The position numbers and the translations under genes were made by a program. The notes beneath the pieces were generated by a model that saw only the letters and a list, made by a program, of their open reading frames with translations, did not search any database and was not told where the DNA came from. A stretch of 64,000 bases of DNA from Nitrosopumilus sp. (lineage in GTDB: Archaea > Thermoproteota > Nitrososphaeria > Nitrososphaerales > Nitrosopumilaceae): assembly GCA_965223425.1 (NCBI GenBank), contig OZ245003.1, positions 2,304,001-2,368,000 on the forward strand, given 5' to 3'. This document shows, piece by piece, positions 45,250-56,877 of this stretch. Position 1 is the stretch's first letter. Every line of letters starts with the position of its first letter.

Positions 45250-45399
45250 CGTGAGGGGTATCAGAGTTCTATACCAAAGCCAATTATTGATGCTCTAGGG
45301 GAATCAAAATCTATCAAATTTACAACAAGTGGAAATTCAATTAAAATACTTTCTGGAGATAGTTCAAAAGCTGTTCAGAAATTTACCAAACATTCTTAA
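45250..45399 (+). pseudogene. 5'-truncated AbrB/SpoVT-like small DNA-binding protein
   Basis: Hand translation GYQSSIPKPIIDALGESKSIKF; no start codon found. Confidence 0.4.
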
Positions 45400-45557
45400 A
45401 TACTATTTTTGTCATCAAAAAAACATGACTGCAGCAGTGGATTCCCAGCAATCAAAAACTAGAGACATTAGCATCACCCTTGAAAAAATTCAAAACTTTG
45501 ATGCAAAAATAGCATTTGAGAATTGGAAAAAACTAGGCACCGATAAAAAATAAATTT

Positions 45558-48205
45558 TTACCTTTTTCTTATCTTCTTTTGTTTTTTTCTTGATGTTTTT
45601 TTAATTTTTGATTTTTTTGCATTAGTTTTTTTAGATAATGGTAAACAATATCGAATAAAATGTTTATCAGATTCTATCATCAAATACTTTGAAAGCCATT
45701 TTCTCATGATGCCCCATTCTTTTGGAAATGAATTTTCTTCTACAACATGCAAACCTATTTCTTTTGCTAGTGAATGTTGAATTACGAATCCATGTGTAGG
45801 TAATGAAAAGATCATTGAGTCAATAATTTTCTCTTTTTCATTTTCTTTGTATCCTGCTTTGTAACTATTCGGATTTGTGGAGTTGTGGGGGATTTATTTT
45901 GACAGACAAATCACGCCCCGTTATATAGTGACAGTTCAAAATCGGCAAAAACGCCGCTCAGCCCCATACATGTGTGCGCGATGTTGCGGCGTTTTAGGCA
46001 CAGACACACTTTACTGCCGCAGCTTTGTCCGGACAAGCCATGGGAATCCCGTCGGTTCTGCGGCCGTCAAGGCATTCCAGGATAAAACTGTACGGGTTTG
46101 CACCGCGCATCCTGCATGTGGCGTATATGCTTGCCAGCGTCTCTGTGATGTACATGCCCTTCTCGGATCTGCTGCCGTAGCTGACCTTGCGCATGGTGGC
46201 AAACATCCTCAGGGCCCTCTCGCTTTTGTTGTTGTGGTATTCCACGCCGTGCTCTAGAAACGTCAGCAGCTGATCCCCCTCCCTTTTGAGCCTTTTTGCG
46301 TACCTCCGGCAGTCCGCATCGTCGTATGACTGCCGTGCCAGCGCGTCTATCCTGTCCTGCAGCCTTTGTGTGACGTCTGCTGGAACCGCATTACTGTCGT
46401 ACTTTTCCCGTGCGTCTATGGCATCCTTGAGTATGCCGTGCAGTCTCTTGAAGAATGTGGCAAACTCGTTACTGCAGCTCTCCTCCAGGGTCTTGTACAT
46501 GTCCCTGAAATAGTGCAGCAGGCACTTTTGGTGTAGCAGGCCTACTCCACTCCATGCCAGATACGAGTCCGATATTACAATTCCGTCAAACTCACCTGCC
46601 AGTGCCTCTGCCACCTGCTTGCTGCGCGTCGATGATATGTGGTATATCACGCCGTGCGTGGAGACTAGAACCCATACCCAGTAATGCAGTCCGTTGAGAA
46701 ACCATCCGGTCTCGTCCCCGTATATGGCGCGAGCCCTGTGAATCATCCCTGCAAGCAGTCCGTCGTAGACGGGCCTCATCTGGCATGCCGCCTTTTCGCA
46801 CATGGAGACCAGCGTTGAACCCGGGATTTGTATCCCGTATATCATGTCAAATAGGTCAGTTATCCTTTCAAACGGTATGCCCATGCAACGCATCAGCACT
46901 ACCTGGGAGATTATCGTGATTCCATACTGAGAGCCGGACAGGGTGCCGGGTATGCGTGCGGAGTGTGACGTTTTACAGTTCCTGCAGTAGCGGCGCGCCA
47001 CGCTCCATCTGATGCGGCGCGCCCTGCCGTCCTGTATGTCTGTTATGTCACGGTCGTAATCGGTACTGCTGTCTGCAAGTCTGAGACCGCATCCGGGACA
47101 ATATGAAATGTCTGCGTCCCTGTGATCTGTGACTGGGATGTCAGTCTTCTGTTCCCTGCCGCGCATCCCGGTATTTTTGTCGCTTTTTGGCCGCGGATAT
47201 TCCTTGAATTTTCTCACATTGTAGCTTCTTGCCTTCCTGGCCGGCTTTTGGGTTGCGGATCCTGTCCTTAGCTGCCTGTTCTCTTCTTCCAGCTGCCTGA
47301 TTGTGTCATTTTGCTGCTTGATTGTATCATTTTGCTGCTTGACTTTTTCTTCCAACGACTTTCTCTCTCTTCTCTCCTGATCAAACACTGATTTGAAATG
47401 CTTAAAGAGATAGTTTGTGTCTTGGTTGTCCCAGTCTACGCGGGTAGGATCAAACTCCGCCGGCATCACATGTGTGTTCTAGCCGTGATCTTTATCTCTT
47501 TCGGCACCCCAAAATTCACTCCAGAAATCCGAATTGTTACCCTGCTTTACCTAGAATAGTATCAGTATATGCTATTCCTTCCTCTTGTATTCCAGAAAAT
47601 TCTTCAAACATAACTGGATCTATTGATTCTGCCATATGTTGCATTGTATAGGGGGATTCTTTAACTGATTTTTTTGAAAAATAGTTATCCAGTCTTGCTT
47701 TAGCCCTAAAATAAGAATTCACTGAAATTATATGTCCATCTTCAAATGATACTTGTACATCTAATGGACTAAGTTGACTCATCATTCCCATGACTATACG
47801 ATTTCCAGTCATTGCGATCAATGTACCTCCACTAGCAGCAATATGAGGTACAAAAACAGTAATGTCATCAAATGCATCTCTTACAGCTTTAGCCGTTTTG
47901 AATGCAGATGCTAAACTACCTCCGGGAGAATTTACTAACAGGTATAGTTTTCTAGTAGGGAGTTTTTTTGTTCTTTTACAAACTTCTGTAATTGCTTGTT
48001 CAATACTAAATTCATCTACTACATTAATTGTTGAATATCCTCTGGTACTAGGAGAATATCTCCTTGGAACATATGACCCAATAAATGCTAATAATGTAAC
48101 ATTGTTATCTTTGGCAAATTTAATAATTTCATCATCTGCTTCTTCCTCCACTTCAATTAGACTGCCTAATTCCTTTGGAATAGGCTCATTTCGTCCATCC
48201 AACAA
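45558..48205 (-). pseudogene. ClpP/crotonase-like SDH-family serine protease (319 aa when restored) interrupted by IS66
   Basis: NSPGG, AASGGTLIA, LSPLDVQ; joins in frame (GKAG|YKENEKEKII...THGFVI) at the 8-bp duplication. Confidence 0.88.
45861..47540 (-). mobile_element. IS66-family element with a single TnpC ORF (45994..47469)
   Basis: GTAAC..TTCGGATTT TIR, 8-bp duplication CCTGCTTT; coiled coil, Zn finger, GDETGW, SDSY, NNKSERALR. Confidence 0.94.
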
Positions 48206-48249
48206 GTATAATTTCTGTGCCTAAAGAATACTTAAGCATTTCAAATTAG

Positions 48250-49410
48250 GGGAGGTGATCCACGGCATACTGCATAACAGCGCAAAGCTTGCAGGGATTA
48301 CCTCATATGACCTTGACCAGTTTGACTACATCTACAATGACTTTGTGGCAGAGTCAAAGAAGCACCACGGCGAGGGCGGCGGCGGCGGCGGCGGCGGCGC
48401 GCCGCTCTTTTCAGAGGACGGGACGCCGGATCCCGGAAACCGCTGCCTGCCTGGCCGCAGGTCCGTCCTGCTGCTTGCGCTGTTCCGCAAGAGGTCAAAC
48501 GTGACGCAGGACGCCCTGGGAGTGCTGTTTGATGCGGATCAGTCCACCGTGTGCAGGTACCTCCGGTTCGCAGATTCCGTGCTGGCAGGGATCCTGCCGA
48601 CTGCAGAGAAGATGACCCGTCTGGTAAAAAAGGCCGAGACATCAGAGCAGCTAGAGCAGCTAATGCCGGACAGAACCATCATAATTGACGGCACCGAGGT
48701 GCCAAGGCAGCGTCCGCAGGACAGGGATAAAAGAAAAAACACGTACTCTGGCAAAAAGAAGCGCTTTACGATTAACACCACCATAACAACAAACAGGGCA
48801 GGCCTGATACTTGCAGCAGGCAGGTCCTTTGAGGGCGGGACGCACGACCTTACCATGATAAGAGAGGATCCGACAGACTGGCAGGTGGTCTAAATCCATG
48901 TACAAAAGGGACACTCCGGAAAAGGACAGGATACGGGTACTTGCAGACAAGGGATACCAGGGATGCCAATCACTACACGGGAATGGCACTTGAGATGCCG
49001 GAAAAAAAGAGGCCGCGGACGGAGCTGACACAGCGGCAAAAGGACTCCAACAAAAGGATCAGCGCCAAGAGGGTAAAGGCGGGGCACGCCATCGGAAGAA
49101 TAAAGCAGTGGGCAGGGATGACAGACCCGTATGACGGCACGGTAGAGGAGTTTTGCGAGGAACTGGCTGTGTGTACCGGCCTTGCAAACTTTCAACTGCT
49201 GTGGGATGCAAAGAAAAAGCGGCCGTCACTTGGTTATTGACGGCACAGCACAGGGTGCATGATGCACCGCAAGAGTGCGCACGGATTTCTAATTTCTGCG
49301 AATTTACACGGCCTTTTGTGTCAAAATTAAATAATTTCCTGGACTGGCTTTGCGTGTCTTGGTGATGTATGCTGCAGAAAAAATTTGGCAGGTCAATTAC
49401 GCATAAAGTC
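48250..49410 (+). mobile_element. 5'-truncated IS5-family (DDE_Tnp_4) element, frameshifted
   Basis: IIDGTE, YSGKKK, HD, LADKGY; right TIR ends at 49410; (GGC)8 at 48375. Confidence 0.86.
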
Positions 49411-49615
49411 TACTGTAAAGAAGTGATGTTTTCTATACCAAAAACGCTTGCTCAGGATATACTTTTGAGTTTGGCGCCGTGGAAATAATATCACTAGAAA
49501 AGGAACACATCATTGTCAAATCATAGCTCGATGTTTCCCGAAGAATTGTTGGCTTTGAGTAGGGTAAAATTCGAGCTACATCTTTCTTAAATATTTCAAA
49601 ATCAAAATCTAGATC

Positions 49616-49933
49616 ATGAGTAAAATGAAAGCCATAAGTAAAGCAAATCTGTGGGAATTGTTTATAATTCCGTTGCTCTTGATAATCGTAGTGATAATTA
49701 TGAGTCAAATGGAAGAACATAAAACATTACAAGTGGTAATTGTCGCTCTTGTGATATTATATTTTTCATCAATAGGAGCTTATCCGATTAATGGTGAAAG
49801 ACACACGCCTGAAACACACCGTCGTTTTAACTTGCATAATTTTCCTAAAACACTACAAATGTTTTATGGTTGTACTACCAGTCCATGCGTGCATGAAATT
49901 GAAGCAAAATGGAATTCAAATCTCCGACTATGA
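49616..49933 (+). CDS. Small two-TM membrane protein, possibly decayed
   Basis: Two hydrophobic segments. Confidence 0.45.
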   Translation: MSKMKAISKANLWELFIIPLLLIIVVIIMSQMEEHKTLQVVIVALVILYFSSIGAYPINGERHTPETHRRFNLHNFPKTLQMFYGCTTSPCVHEIEAKWNSNLRL

Positions 49934-50591
49934 ACTTGATCTGCTTGCAATGTAGAGAAGAGAAAGCAAGAAAAAACCCGTAAATAATCTTAGAAGAGTA
50001 TTACTCAAATATTGGAACTTGCAAGAACCTAGACCGCATATTTATATCTCCAAAGACTAGTTATCAAACATGATATATTTATCAAAACCGATCATAAAGG
50101 CTTATGGTAGAAGGATAATTGGGTATCATATCCGGGAAGACGGTACTTATCAAGAAATCATTCAGCCATACCATAATAGAACTATCCGATAGATGTCGAT
50201 TCCGTTCCTGATGAACAGATACTTGATTTAACCAGAGCTTTCATGATCGGGAAATCCCATAAGATCCACATTTTCGACCACCAGTAGGTTCCATGCAGAT
50301 CACCCTTTAAGCACCAGTATATTAGAAGGCATTTACAGATGGTACAACGTGGACCGGTTCAGGTCACCATTTAAACGGCGGACTTGTCTGAATCGGGAGG
50401 AAGATCCATAAAGCATACTTTCAAACAACAACTAGGCTAGATCACCACAATTGAACAAAGTCAGATACGGAAAATATTTTGTATAACGTCTGTTAATTGA
50501 CTTGTCATGGGTTAGTTATTTATGATTGCTCAAATAAAATGATTAAGAAAACTGACTTGTAGGTCGTGATCAAAACTTGGCTTTTTTGAAA

Positions 50592-51854
50592 TTACCAGAA
50601 TCGCCACCATGGCTTTTGTACTGGTTTTTCAATAATGGTGCACACTCCATCAATTAGCTTGGTTCCGGTTCCGCAAAGTCCAAACTTTTTTTCAGGTTCT
50701 GCTTCTTTGGGTTCTGTCTTTTCAGCTTTGGGCTCTTGTTTTGTTGGTTCCTCCATTCCTACTGCCTGGTAAATTGAGTCATACTCTGGGTAGCTGCCAT
50801 CAAACCATTTCTTGTAGCCTGCCTCCCTGGCGTACCTGTCAACGTAGCTCTGCGGATCTCTTGTTTTGTCTACAAACGGCGCAGGAACCGCTAACGGTTC
50901 CTCCAAACCTACTGCCTGGTAAATTGAATCATACCCGGGATAGCTGCCATCAAACCATTTCTTGTAGCCTGCCTCCCTGGTGTACCTGTCAACGTAGCTC
51001 TGCGGATCTCTTGTTTTGTCTACAAACGGCGCAGGAATCTGCAGTTCTTTGGGTTCTGCAACTGGCGGCTCTGGTTCATGTTGTGCGGGTTCTTGCTGTG
51101 CGGGTTCCTGTTGCGGCTCTGGTTTGACATATGCCGGTTGTACAGTGATGACAACGTTCTCCCTATCTTCTTGAGCTCCTTTGGTTGCAATAACATCAAA
51201 ACTGTACAGCACATCTTGAATATTTCCTTGCGATTTTGCTACAGTCCAGACAAACTTTCCTGAATCTGGATCAATTGCGGCCCCTGCAGGTGCTGCACCA
51301 TTCAGACGAAATGCTGTACCCTCAATTGTGTTGTCCGTAAGACCGGCTGTAAATGAAACTGTTTTTCCCACTTTAACTGTCTTGTCTGAAATTGCTTTTA
51401 GCGCAAGTACAAAGTCGTCTAAAACCGATATTTTACCGTTGTCGTATTGTATTTTTATCGTTATTCCGTTATCCATTTTTTGTGTATTTGTAAATGCAGT
51501 TGCATTGTAAATTCCCTCTCCTACAAAGAAGCTTGAAACCGGTCTTGGAGTTACTGAAAACAGTCCTTTTTCCGGTGTAGGATCTGATAGCATCCCTTTG
51601 AAATTGCCTGAAGGGTTTTTGATAACTACATAAACTGCTTCTTTTCCATCTTGGGTTCCGATAAACGCCAAGGATTCATTATCTGTATAGAGGATCCTTC
51701 CAAGTTCCAGTGATGTGACATCTGCAAACGCCGGATTTGCTACAAGTATGAATAATGAAAACACTGCAAACAATCCAAACCCTGTGCGCACAGTAATGGT
51801 TTTGACTTCAAGTCTTTTTAAAAAACGCGTATAATTTCTTCTGTTTTCTTGCAA
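50592..51854 (-). CDS. Secreted protein with Ig/cadherin-like domain, PQ-rich linker and two 50-aa repeats
   Basis: Signal peptide; PAGAAIDPDSGKFVWT; PAPFVD...YQAVG twice; CGTGTKLIDGVC tail. Confidence 0.8.
   Translation of the reverse strand: MQENRRNYTRFLKRLEVKTITVRTGFGLFAVFSLFILVANPAFADVTSLELGRILYTDNESLAFIGTQDGKEAVYVVIKNPSGNFKGMLSDPTPEKGLFSVTPRPVSSFFVGEGIYNATAFTNTQKMDNGITIKIQYDNGKISVLDDFVLALKAISDKTVKVGKTVSFTAGLTDNTIEGTAFRLNGAAPAGAAIDPDSGKFVWTVAKSQGNIQDVLYSFDVIATKGAQEDRENVVITVQPAYVKPEPQQEPAQQEPAQHEPEPPVAEPKELQIPAPFVDKTRDPQSYVDRYTREAGYKKWFDGSYPGYDSIYQAVGLEEPLAVPAPFVDKTRDPQSYVDRYAREAGYKKWFDGSYPEYDSIYQAVGMEEPTKQEPKAEKTEPKEAEPEKKFGLCGTGTKLIDGVCTIIEKPVQKPWWRFW
50748..51037. repeat. 150-bp tandem duplication in coding sequence
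   Basis: TACAAACGGCGCAGGAA at 50871 and 51021. Confidence 0.9.
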
Positions 51855-51994
51855 AGAAATCTTTACAAATCAAGCAAAAATTTCATAAAAGCGCCTGTGA
51901 TGCATTGAAAGACAGCTCCAGATCAGGCCTCAATAATCTATAGGTTGACGGCTACAACAAGTGGAAGACCGTCATACAAAATGCCTCGTTGAAC

Positions 51995-52380
51995 GGGGTT
52001 GTCGCCAAATTCACATCAAGCTGCCACCACCTGAATATTTCGCCTTGCGGCGCACACTAGACGGTTTAACACCTCAAGGTTCCATCCTATCGCCTTGCAC
52101 AGTCCAAACCGCCTTCTTGTGGATGTCTTTCTGAACCTGCACAGCAACCGGTGGCCCTCTGTCTCCTCGGCTCCAAATATCCCCTTTATCATGCCCCACG
52201 TTTTTTGTAGACATCTGCATCAAACATTCCTGCGGCCCTTTTACGAAATGGCTTTGAGCTGCTTATGGTTTGTTTCTCTGCTTTATGTTTGGAGTCATAC
52301 CGGCATCAAAACAAGCCTAAAGTTCTCATCAGAGTCATATCCCTTGTCTGCGTTGATGCTGCCAGAAAATGCAATGCCTG
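51995..52380 (-). mobile_element. IS5 type B right-end remnant
   Basis: Reverse complement of about 24900..25284. Confidence 0.82.
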
Positions 52381-52469
52381 ATGGATTTATGTCAAAATAT
52401 CATCGTGTGAAATATAATCCAGAATTCTACGATGTCAAAGAAGTTACAAATATTATTTTGAAGCACAGT

Positions 52470-52645
52470 AGACTTTATGCATAATTGAATCATAAAAATT
52501 TTTCCGAAAGATTTAGATCCATTTTGATCGCCGCAACAGGTAATGGAGTCTCCAGAACAGATGATACGCAGGTTGCAAAGGGAGCTCAAGCAAAAGGACA
52601 CAGCAATCAAGCAGAACAACAGAGCAATCAAGCAAAAGGACAATT
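52470..52645 (+). mobile_element. IS5 (DDE_Tnp_4) left end with transposase start
   Basis: Matches 3727..3858; MESPEQMIRRLQRELKQKD. Confidence 0.82.
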
Positions 52646-52721
52646 GAGCTTTTTCTCGTAGCTGTGGGTCAAGATTACAAAAGCGCAATTTCGGAAAAAA
52701 GAATGGAAATTTCTTTTGTGA

Positions 52722-53933
52722 TCATCTAATCAGTCTTGTAATTCTCCCAAAATTTTCTTTACCAAACTCTTTTTCTTGTACATGTTTGATAACTGAATTT
52801 TCCTCTATATGGGTACGGTATTCCAAGGCCTCCAAGGCTTGCTTTTCGACATTAAAAGCGCGTCGCAGACGTTTTAATTTCGCTTCATTATAATCAGGAC
52901 TAGTAAGATCAGATAGTTTGATTACATGATCTTGAGTGTCCTTAAAAATTACTTCTAGTCTTGTTGCGTCATTCTTGTAGTAACCATAATCCTTTCGATT
53001 AAATAATCTAAATGGATGAATGTATTTTGTTTTCATTCGTTCGGCTTCTAGTTTTTTCTGTTCAGTTTTTTTGTTAATTTTTTCGATTGTCTCCGGAGGC
53101 ATATTTTCTCGCTTGTGATTTGTGCCATAGCTATCAAAGCCACTAACAAATGTCAATATGTCCTTAGCTGGCGCTATATCGGTTGTAGGTTGTGCTTTTG
53201 GCATTGGAACATTAAAAGCGTGCAGATAGGTTTCGTCTCGGTATTCTTTTTTTATTACACTAGTTAGTCTTCTGACCTCATTTACAAGAAGATATGCATC
53301 CATAGGATATTTTCCATCAAAATCAATTGAAAACAAATTCACGCCGTTCTCAAAATAAAACTGATTGATCTCTCTTAATTCACTTGTAGCTACCATAGGG
53401 ATATTGCCCATTATTTCTTGTTTTTTTCCATACGATTTTAGAAATCCAAAGAATTTTTTTAGAAATTTTAGATATTCTGTTCCAGATATGTTGGGTATCA
53501 TGGGTGGTATTATGACTTCGCTTGCAGGATGAGTAACTATGTTACACAGATACTCAATCTCAGTATCTGTGGGCAAGCTATTTGGTTTGTTGGTTTTTTT
53601 GTCTTTATTTTCATAGGTAAAATATAAGAGATTTAGCTCATCTTTGATTTTTGGCATTGTGAAAATATATCGAAGTTTTTTCCCCCATTCATTTAATTTA
53701 TCAACATCACTGTCGATATCTTCAATTTTTTGTTTTGTCAACTCATGGTATATTTCGTTCATACCTCGCACTTTGGCGTTTTGAATGAGCCTGGATTCAG
53801 AAGCTGTGTCCTGTCTCAAGTGAAAGGCTCTGATAGGTGTTTGAATGCTTGCAGAGTTGGTACTTAGTGATAGTTTTCTCATCATAGAGTAGTTTTCATC
53901 TTCTGCTTCAACCTTTACTTTTACATGGGACAT
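52722..53933 (-). CDS. Hypothetical protein, probable TGT-like TIM barrel
   Basis: N-terminal R.LSL.T....IQTP and late YLHAFN...GFDSYG echo TGT strands; no Zn-binding Cys cluster. Confidence 0.5.
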   Translation of the reverse strand: MSHVKVKVEAEDENYSMMRKLSLSTNSASIQTPIRAFHLRQDTASESRLIQNAKVRGMNEIYHELTKQKIEDIDSDVDKLNEWGKKLRYIFTMPKIKDELNLLYFTYENKDKKTNKPNSLPTDTEIEYLCNIVTHPASEVIIPPMIPNISGTEYLKFLKKFFGFLKSYGKKQEIMGNIPMVATSELREINQFYFENGVNLFSIDFDGKYPMDAYLLVNEVRRLTSVIKKEYRDETYLHAFNVPMPKAQPTTDIAPAKDILTFVSGFDSYGTNHKRENMPPETIEKINKKTEQKKLEAERMKTKYIHPFRLFNRKDYGYYKNDATRLEVIFKDTQDHVIKLSDLTSPDYNEAKLKRLRRAFNVEKQALEALEYRTHIEENSVIKHVQEKEFGKENFGRITRLIR

Positions 53934-53983
53934 ACGCTATCCTTTTAGAGAATGGTTATTATCTTTTAGGTAGGTGATTTGAT

Positions 53984-54643
53984 TTGAAGAGATATTATGA
54001 ATTAGATGGTGATGACGGATTCCCACCAGAAGAAAAATACTTGTATTTACTGCTATATGCTCCCGGATATACACAAAAATTTAACGAACCAATCAAAGGA
54101 AATACATGGTTACAAAAACAAATGCATGCATTATCTAAAGCAGTACCTAAATTAAATTTTGAATTTGATGAATACAATTTTGGTGCGTTTAGTCCATCTT
54201 TAGAAACAGTGCAGATTCAAAATGAAGTCTCAGATTTTATTTATCAACCATATGGTGATGGACCACTTGAGCTGACTTCTAGGGGTTTGCGTATTGCAAA
54301 AAAACTCTGGAATGAATCTAAACCAGAAGAACGGGAACTTATTTCTGAATTAAAAAATTTCCTTAATGAAATGAAATATTGGGAAATTATTGCGTTCTCA
54401 TATTCGACTTTTCCAGAAACTACACTTGGATCAGAAATTAAACCAGAATTTAAAAAAACTCGCTTAACTTCTGCAATTAATCTTTTCAAAAGACAAAAAA
54501 TTTCACTTAAAAAAGCTGTATCCATAGCCGGAATTTCTGTTGAATCTTTTGAAAAAGAATTAATAAAGAAACAGATTCATCCGTATGAATTAAACGAAGA
54601 TAAATATAACAAATCACTGAAACTAATTGAAAATATTACTTGA
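53984..54643 (+). CDS. Panacea/YwgA-like protein fused to a UPF0175-like HTH
   Basis: IKGNTWLQKQM...FDEYNFGAFS...LTSRG; tail AINLF...ISLKKAVSIAGIS...F...L. Confidence 0.7.
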   Translation: MKRYYELDGDDGFPPEEKYLYLLLYAPGYTQKFNEPIKGNTWLQKQMHALSKAVPKLNFEFDEYNFGAFSPSLETVQIQNEVSDFIYQPYGDGPLELTSRGLRIAKKLWNESKPEERELISELKNFLNEMKYWEIIAFSYSTFPETTLGSEIKPEFKKTRLTSAINLFKRQKISLKKAVSIAGISVESFEKELIKKQIHPYELNEDKYNKSLKLIENIT

Positions 54644-55142
54644 TACCAGTTTTCTGAGACATTTAGAACAGGTGAATCTACTTCAACTTCTTTCCACTTT
54701 TTCGGAAAATCTAGGATGGGAATTTGTGATGCCCGAAATAGTTCACAATGAGCTTAGAGCTAGAGATGTTCCACAGGAAATTGAGAGTTTTTTAGAAAGT
54801 GGCACAGTAAATCTAGATTCCTGTAATCAAATTCAATTTTTATCAGTAAAATATAGGTTGTTAGGTTTAGATGATGGGGAATTAGAAGCAATATGCATAG
54901 TAGATAAATGTGAAGATCGAACTTTCAAAAATTATCTAATTTTGACTGATGATATTCCAGCTCAGAATGGTTCGGGAAAATTAGGAATGAATTCATTAGA
55001 TGTCCTAATGTTTCTCTTTGTATCTAATGAAAGAGGATTCCTGTCAAAAAATATAGCTGAGAATGCCTTAGAAACACTTGAAAGTTCAGGATACAACATA
55101 GATGGTGCAGTCAAAGTGGATTATTTACAACGTTTACAATAA
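54627..55142 (+). CDS. PIN-domain (VapC-like) ribonuclease
   Basis: LLDTSFL, VHNEL, LDDGELEAI, LTDD acidic tetrad. Confidence 0.85.
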   Translation: MKILLDTSFLRHLEQVNLLQLLSTFSENLGWEFVMPEIVHNELRARDVPQEIESFLESGTVNLDSCNQIQFLSVKYRLLGLDDGELEAICIVDKCEDRTFKNYLILTDDIPAQNGSGKLGMNSLDVLMFLFVSNERGFLSKNIAENALETLESSGYNIDGAVKVDYLQRLQ

Positions 55143-55153
55143 GGTAATGCAGG

Positions 55154-56377
55154 GTAACTGATCGCGTTTTTGAAGTTGCCTAGAAATCCTACCGACATCA
55201 AAGATCCAACTCGTCATCAGGGAATTCCATCCGTCATGTGATGGTGTCCTGATTCAAAACCATGGAAAAACCCGACGATCCTGCAGATGTGTGCTGCTTG
55301 TTTCTGATGCTCTTCCCTTTCAGGCACAGCTTGCCACAGCGTTAGGTGGTGTCGCCGCCTCCGCCGCTACTGTAGGCATCGGAATGTCATCTGTCTTGCC
55401 GTCAAGGTAATCCTTGATGAACTCATACGGATTGACGCCCCGCATATCGCAGGTGGCACACACCGTCATCAGCATCTCCGTCGCCTGCATTCCGCCCTCA
55501 GACCTGCTGCCGTAGTTGACCTTGCGCATGGTGGCAAACATACGAGGCAGCCTCTCGCTTGTGTTGTTGTGGTACTCTACATACTGCTCAAGGCACGTCA
55601 GCAGGTTATTCCCCTCCCTTTGCAGCCTCTTTGCGTACCTGATGCAGTCCAGATCCTCGTAGGCTCCCCGTGCCAGTGCGTCTATTCTGAGCTGCAGTTC
55701 CCGTACCGTATCTGCGGGCACCTCCCTGTCGCCGTCGCGCCCTGTATTCCACGCCGTTATGGCGCCCTTTAGGATGTCGTGCAGCTCTGTAAAGAACGAC
55801 GTGAACTCACTGCCCGTGTTGTGATTATGGGTTCGGTACATGTCCCTGAAATAATGCAGCAGGCACTTTTGGCGCTTGGTGCCAATGTCGTTCCATCCCC
55901 CGTATGAATCCGATATTATGGTTCCCACAAAATCTGCCAGCAGTGCCGTGGCCACCAGCTTGCTGCGCGACGGCGAAATGTGATACAATACGGAATCCGA
56001 GGAGGCCACAACCCACACCCGGTAGCGCAGGCCGTTGAGGAACCATCCCGTCTCGTCCCCGTAGACGGCATATGCGGCGTTGATTCTGCCCAGTATGCCG
56101 TCGTACAGGGGCATCATGTACGATGTGGCAGTATTGCAGATGTGGATTAGCGCGGATCTCGCAATCGGCATCCTGTATATCATGCCCAGAATCTTTTCTA
56201 TCTTCTCAAAGGACACCCCGATGTACCGCAACACCAGGATCTGCGACACCGGCCCGTTGCCGTACCGCTGGCCATCAAGCACTCCCGGTATGGAGGCAGA
56301 GTGCTGCCTGTGGCACCTTTTGCAGTAGCGGCGCATGATGGTCCACTGCGTGCTGCAGAGCTGGCCGCCTGCCACAT
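55154..56377 (-). mobile_element. 5'-truncated IS66-family element
   Basis: GTAAC end at 55154; TnpC similar to 45994..47469; cut by an ISH3 end. Confidence 0.87.
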
Positions 56378-56770
56378 CAGTAGTTCCCAGATGTAGATTT
56401 ACCGCAACCGCAACTGACATCGGCTCTACTTGCCTCGATCATTGACAAACAGCTCGTTCCTGCCTGTAATGTACACGATAAACAACTCCATGGTAAGTTT
56501 TTTCCCGCAGAAGACACTCCTCCATACATCTTTCCTGCATCAAGGCAGAACCTGGCGATCCTCCACAGGTTGTACAGCAGCAGCGGCAGATAAAACATCA
56601 GCAGCCTCACAGCCAGGGAGTTGCTGCATGTCCTGCCCATGATTTCCTTTATGACGCGAAACCCCGTCTCGATGCCCCATCTTGCGGTACTGCTTCGGTA
56701 TGATGTCTGTCATGGCTCTGTGGCACTCCTGATGGGAATGTTTGTTGCAAACGCAATGTATTGCTCCTTT
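56378..56770 (-). mobile_element. ISH3 type 2 end remnant
   Basis: Similar to 26547..26940. Confidence 0.85.
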
Positions 56771-56877
56771 GCCTCACCATTAATTCGTGTACATTCGAGG
56801 CAAAAGCATGTATGTTAAAACCATGTGATTATACGTGAATTTTTGGGTCTATCTATATAATTCCTGTACGTGTCCAG

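Noticed and set aside
50748-51037. Template/variable repeat pair of a diversity-generating retroelement
   Set aside because: In-frame tandem duplication within one gene, differences not adenine-specific, no reverse transcriptase in the window.
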